Source: an uncultured Candidatus Peribacteria bacterium
Lineage (GTDB): Bacteria > Patescibacteriota > Gracilibacteria > UBA4473
Length of the DNA: 47,745 nt
Assembly: GCA_964468965.1 (NCBI GenBank)
Contig: CAYXXA010000002.1
Location: forward strand, 1 to 47,745
Direction: 5' to 3'
Part shown: one piece after another, positions 45,251 to 47,745 of the stretch
Position numbering within the stretch: position 1 is the stretch's first letter
Layout of the letters: every line of letters begins with the position of its first letter
Translations under genes and position numbers: made by a program
Notes under the pieces: generated by a model
Databases searched by the model: none
What the model was told of the DNA's origin: nothing
The model's input: only the letters and a program-made list of their open reading frames with translations

Positions 45251-46117
45251 ATGAGCACTTCAGAAAAAAAGAAGCAAGAAGATATTTCTTTGACAACAAA
45301 GGAAACCGAAAAACGAGCTTCAGATGTATTGGACGACGATTCTTTGATTGAAGATGATGGAGATTTTTTTTGGGTTTTACAGCGGGTTATTTGGGGTATT
45401 CTGAAAGGAATTTTTACTTTAGCGATTATTATCTTTCTTATTTGGTTTATCTGGGGGGATTTTGGTACTACTTCTCCATTAAATAAAACTTCAGAAAAGG
45501 TATCGAAAGTTATTAAACATAAGAATATCGCTACGGTAGAACCGACAAATCAGGTCCCTGTTGTTTACGAGGGAGGTCAAAAGCTTTCATCTTCTTCTGA
45601 TATACAGTCTATGATTACGCGATCTTATAGACTGGCTAACGCAGAAATTAGGTCCAACTCAGGAATTTTATCAGAATCAGTATTGTGGCTTAAAAAGGCA
45701 AAATCAATAGGAGAAATTTCCCCAACTATTTTACGTATTCAATCACCTACAGTTCGAGCTAAAAAAATTGAAGAAATACTTGTCACGGCAGACTCAATTC
45801 TGAAAGAATCGACCGATTTAAAAAAAGTTTTACGTGCCCAAAGCCTTCAAATTCTTCAAAAAAAGAAAATCCTAGAATACGAAATAAAAGCTTTAGACGA
45901 TAAGATATTTGAAAAGATCCGCCGGTTTAGCCCAAATGACATTGATTTACTTCTTAATGAAAAAATAAAGAAGAAAAAGCTACTTATTGAGTACTCTGAA
46001 CAAGGTAAAATTAGAGAAACATTGTTCAAAAATATCGTAAACTTTGAAACCCTACTCAAACAAAAATGGATTCCATTAATTCGTCCTACCCATGTTAAAC
46101 CACCAAAGACTCCATAA
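45251..46117 (+). CDS. Hypothetical single-pass membrane protein with a Lys-rich helical C-terminal half
   Basis: TM segment ILKGIFTLAIIIFLIWFIWG. I preferred the ATG at 45251, downstream of a TATAAT at about 45238, over the track's TTG at 45203. Confidence 0.5.
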   Translation: MSTSEKKKQEDISLTTKETEKRASDVLDDDSLIEDDGDFFWVLQRVIWGILKGIFTLAIIIFLIWFIWGDFGTTSPLNKTSEKVSKVIKHKNIATVEPTNQVPVVYEGGQKLSSSSDIQSMITRSYRLANAEIRSNSGILSESVLWLKKAKSIGEISPTILRIQSPTVRAKKIEEILVTADSILKESTDLKKVLRAQSLQILQKKKILEYEIKALDDKIFEKIRRFSPNDIDLLLNEKIKKKKLLIEYSEQGKIRETLFKNIVNFETLLKQKWIPLIRPTHVKPPKTP

Positions 46118-46135
46118 GAAGTGGTAGTTGGTAAA

Positions 46136-46516
46136 CTAAAAGTCACTAAATCCGATGTTCTCAATGTGTTCGATCATCATTTTTTGTCCATCAAGCTTAA
46201 GAAGAACAGCATCAATTTGAAAGAGAGGAAGCGTTACTTGCCCTTTTATATTACAGAAATAATGTTCAGCCGCACTGAGTATTTTTTTAATTTTTGCTTT
46301 CGTGATAGTTGTTCGAATATCACCAAAAACATCATTTCGTCGAGTTTTCACTTCAACAAGGTAGTAAAATTCTCGATGAGGATCTTTCATTAAAAGATCA
46401 ATTTCACCACCTTGGGCATGAATATTTTTATCAACCAGCATATATCCCTTCCGAAGAAGGTATTTTAGAGCAATAGCTTCTCCCATATTCCCCGTTTTTC
46501 GACTTTTAGTAACCAT
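46136..46516 (-). CDS. YraN-family (UPF0102) endonuclease-like protein
   Basis: GEAIALKYLLRKGYMLVDKN...GGEIDLLMKD...YYLVEVKTRRN matches the YraN PD-(D/E)XK pattern. Confidence 0.8.
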   Translation of the reverse strand: MVTKSRKTGNMGEAIALKYLLRKGYMLVDKNIHAQGGEIDLLMKDPHREFYYLVEVKTRRNDVFGDIRTTITKAKIKKILSAAEHYFCNIKGQVTLPLFQIDAVLLKLDGQKMMIEHIENIGFSDF

Positions 46517-46746
46517 TGAGTTTATATTACTCGATTTTTATCGATAACACAATTGACCATGTAAAAGCACTTCTACGACGACTACCTTCCCATAAGATAG
46601 TTTTCCATAATTTTTTTTAATAAAAGTTTAAGTACTTTTAAGCTTTGTTACTGTTCTTTTTAGAATCTGGTAAATATTTTTTGACTTTTTTATCCTAAAA
46701 TCCTACCCTCACGAACGTAAAAAACATATAATATTTAACCCATAAT

Positions 46747-47310
46747 ATGATGAAAAAATTACTAACACTAACATTTTTAGCGATACCAACGCTTACTTTT
46801 GCAGGAGGTGCTGGTACAGGTATCGATCTTAGCGATTATAATATTGTTGAACCAAGTTCTGCTGTAGAATCTTCAACGTCGGCGACAACAATACCGCAAG
46901 TGACACAACCAACGCGAAGAACAACGACAGTAAGAACTCGATCTACTCGACGAAACCGATCGGCTCGACGAGGTTATGGATTTCGATTAAGTCGAAAAAC
47001 CGGAACACGAGGAAAAACAACGACAACAAGACGTAGTCGATCTACTCGTGGAGCTAAAATTTACACACTAAATGGAGTAACGTATAACACCTATTGGGAA
47101 TGGATTCGTGCTTACCGAGCCGCTAACAATGACGATACTGGAATCACACGAATCACTACAAGTATTGTAAATTACGGAAATGCCTATGACTTAGCAAATG
47201 GACTTGAACCAATCGATCCAAAGGATAATACCTACCGAGGACTTACTCGAGAAGAAGAGCGACAGGCTGCTGCTCAACTAAAGTTGATGCGGCTTCGAGG
47301 GCTTCGATAG
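46747..47310 (+). CDS. Secreted protein with an extremely Arg/Thr-rich low-complexity region
   Basis: Signal peptide MMKKLLTLTFLAIPTLTFAGG, then TQPTRRTTTVRTRSTRRNRSARRGYGFRLSRKTGTRGKTTTTRRSRSTRGAK, then a ~90-aa globular-looking tail. Confidence 0.5.
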   Translation: MMKKLLTLTFLAIPTLTFAGGAGTGIDLSDYNIVEPSSAVESSTSATTIPQVTQPTRRTTTVRTRSTRRNRSARRGYGFRLSRKTGTRGKTTTTRRSRSTRGAKIYTLNGVTYNTYWEWIRAYRAANNDDTGITRITTSIVNYGNAYDLANGLEPIDPKDNTYRGLTREEERQAAAQLKLMRLRGLR

Positions 47311-47334
47311 TTTCTGTGTCAAAAAGCATGGAAG

Positions 47335-47366
47335 AAAAAGCCGATGATTTATCGGCTTTTTTTTTG
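47335..47366 (+). terminator. Rho-independent terminator
   Basis: AAAAAGCCGAT-GATTT-ATCGGCTTTTTTTTT lies 25 nt after the stop at 47310. Confidence 0.7.
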
Positions 47367-47429
47367 ACTTTTTTAAAGAGAAACATAGATTTGGTTGGCT
47401 CTTTAGGTAAATAAAATATCACAAAATAT

Positions 47430-47506
47430 GAGCGATTAGCTCAGCTGGCTAGAGCATCTGCTTGACTTGCAGGGGGCCACAGGTTCGAATCCTGTATCGC
47501 TCACCA
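47430..47506 (+). tRNA. tRNA-Val (anticodon GAC), CCA encoded; unusual pyrimidine at position 37
   Basis: Cloverleaf: acceptor GAGCGAT/ATCGCTC, D-arm GCTC..GAGC, anticodon stem TCTGC/GCAGG, loop TTGACTT, T-arm ACAGG-TTCGAAT-CCTGT. Confidence 0.8.
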
Positions 47507-47524
47507 TTTATTTATTTCTTCAAC

Positions 47525-47599
47525 GGCTCGGTAGCTCAGTGGTAGAGCAAAGGATTGAAAATCCTTGTGTCGGTAGTTCAATTCTACCTCGAGCCACCA
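47525..47599 (+). tRNA. tRNA-Phe (anticodon GAA), CCA encoded
   Basis: Cloverleaf: acceptor GGCTCGG/TCGAGCC, anticodon stem AAGGA/TCCTT, loop TTGAAAA, T-arm GGTAG-TTCAATT-CTACC. Confidence 0.9.
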
Positions 47600-47602
47600 C
47601 TC

Positions 47603-47630
47603 AAAACATCACGGTAGTGATGTTTTTTTT
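47603..47630 (+). terminator. Rho-independent terminator after the tRNA-Val/tRNA-Phe pair
   Basis: AAAACATCAC-GGTA-GTGATGTTTTTTTT begins immediately after the tRNA-Phe CCA. Confidence 0.7.
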
Positions 47631-47745
47631 ATACCAAAACAAAGCTACTAGACTTAAACGTATTTAAAAGTAATAGAAGTGAATAGTTTTTTTCTAAGGA
47701 GCCGCATTATTGACGACACAAGTTCCACTATTGTTGTAATCACCG

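Noticed and set aside
47467-47667. A 66-aa track ORF on the plus strand.
   Set aside because: It lies entirely across tRNA-Val, tRNA-Phe and their terminator, so it is a spurious reading frame.
1-47745. I considered an alternative genetic code with UGA read as Gly (Gracilibacteria/SR1-like), given the CPR-like gene content.
   Set aside because: TGA closes purH, fur, the GT2 gene and recJ at positions that fit the homologues' lengths. ORFs of 700-1000 codons remain intact under the standard code. Standard code 11 therefore fits.

Overview
This is an AT-rich, gene-dense bacterial chromosomal segment, about 90% coding, read with the standard code. TGA acts as a stop for recJ, the GT2 gene, fur and purH, and long ORFs stay intact, so a UGA-recoded lineage is unlikely. 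The content resembles a small-genome Patescibacteria/CPR-like organism (inference only): T4SS-pilin-type membrane proteins, very large orphan surface proteins, fused enzymes and genome-encoded CCA on every tRNA.

Confident housekeeping calls:
- Nucleotide and folate metabolism: purQ (fused to PurS-like domains), purH, guaB, a ThyA-family enzyme, a RibD_C/DHFR-like reductase, folB.
- Replication, repair and RNA: gyrA, recJ, a UvrD-type helicase fused to a PD-(D/E)XK nuclease, rsmA/ksgA, RNase Y, a TatD-family hydrolase, a YraN-family endonuclease.
- Translation: tyrS, metG and seven tRNAs (Lys-UUU, Ala-UGC, Thr-UGU, Ile-GAU, Val-GAC, Phe-GAA).
- Central and envelope metabolism: aroD, aroC, tkt, glmS, a GT2 glycosyltransferase, a GNAT acetyltransferase.
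- Regulation: a Fur-family repressor.

No rRNA, CRISPR array, transposase or integrase was seen.

Most interesting features:
1. Two adjacent orphan genes (39869-41096) share a near-identical 137-bp block covering a consensus promoter, the 5' UTR and the first 24 codons, then diverge completely.
2. A ThyA-family enzyme carries Asp where thymidylate synthases have the uracil-specifying Asn, which suggests a cytosine-directed (hydroxy)methylase.
3. Two tandem paralogues each contain three VirB2/TrbC-type pilin modules, with no other T4SS gene nearby.
4. A terminator-bounded operon encodes two giant secreted or tethered proteins, next to a divergent FecR-like anchored protein.

Smaller oddities:
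- a PurQ-PurS-PurS fusion
- a 534-bp ORF inserted ahead of purH, flanked by a duplicated purH 5' end
- a frameshifted DUF1622 gene
- a PAP2-polyprenol-kinase fusion
- a perfect 7-1-7 palindrome upstream of fur

All homology calls come from motif recognition by eye. No database search was run.
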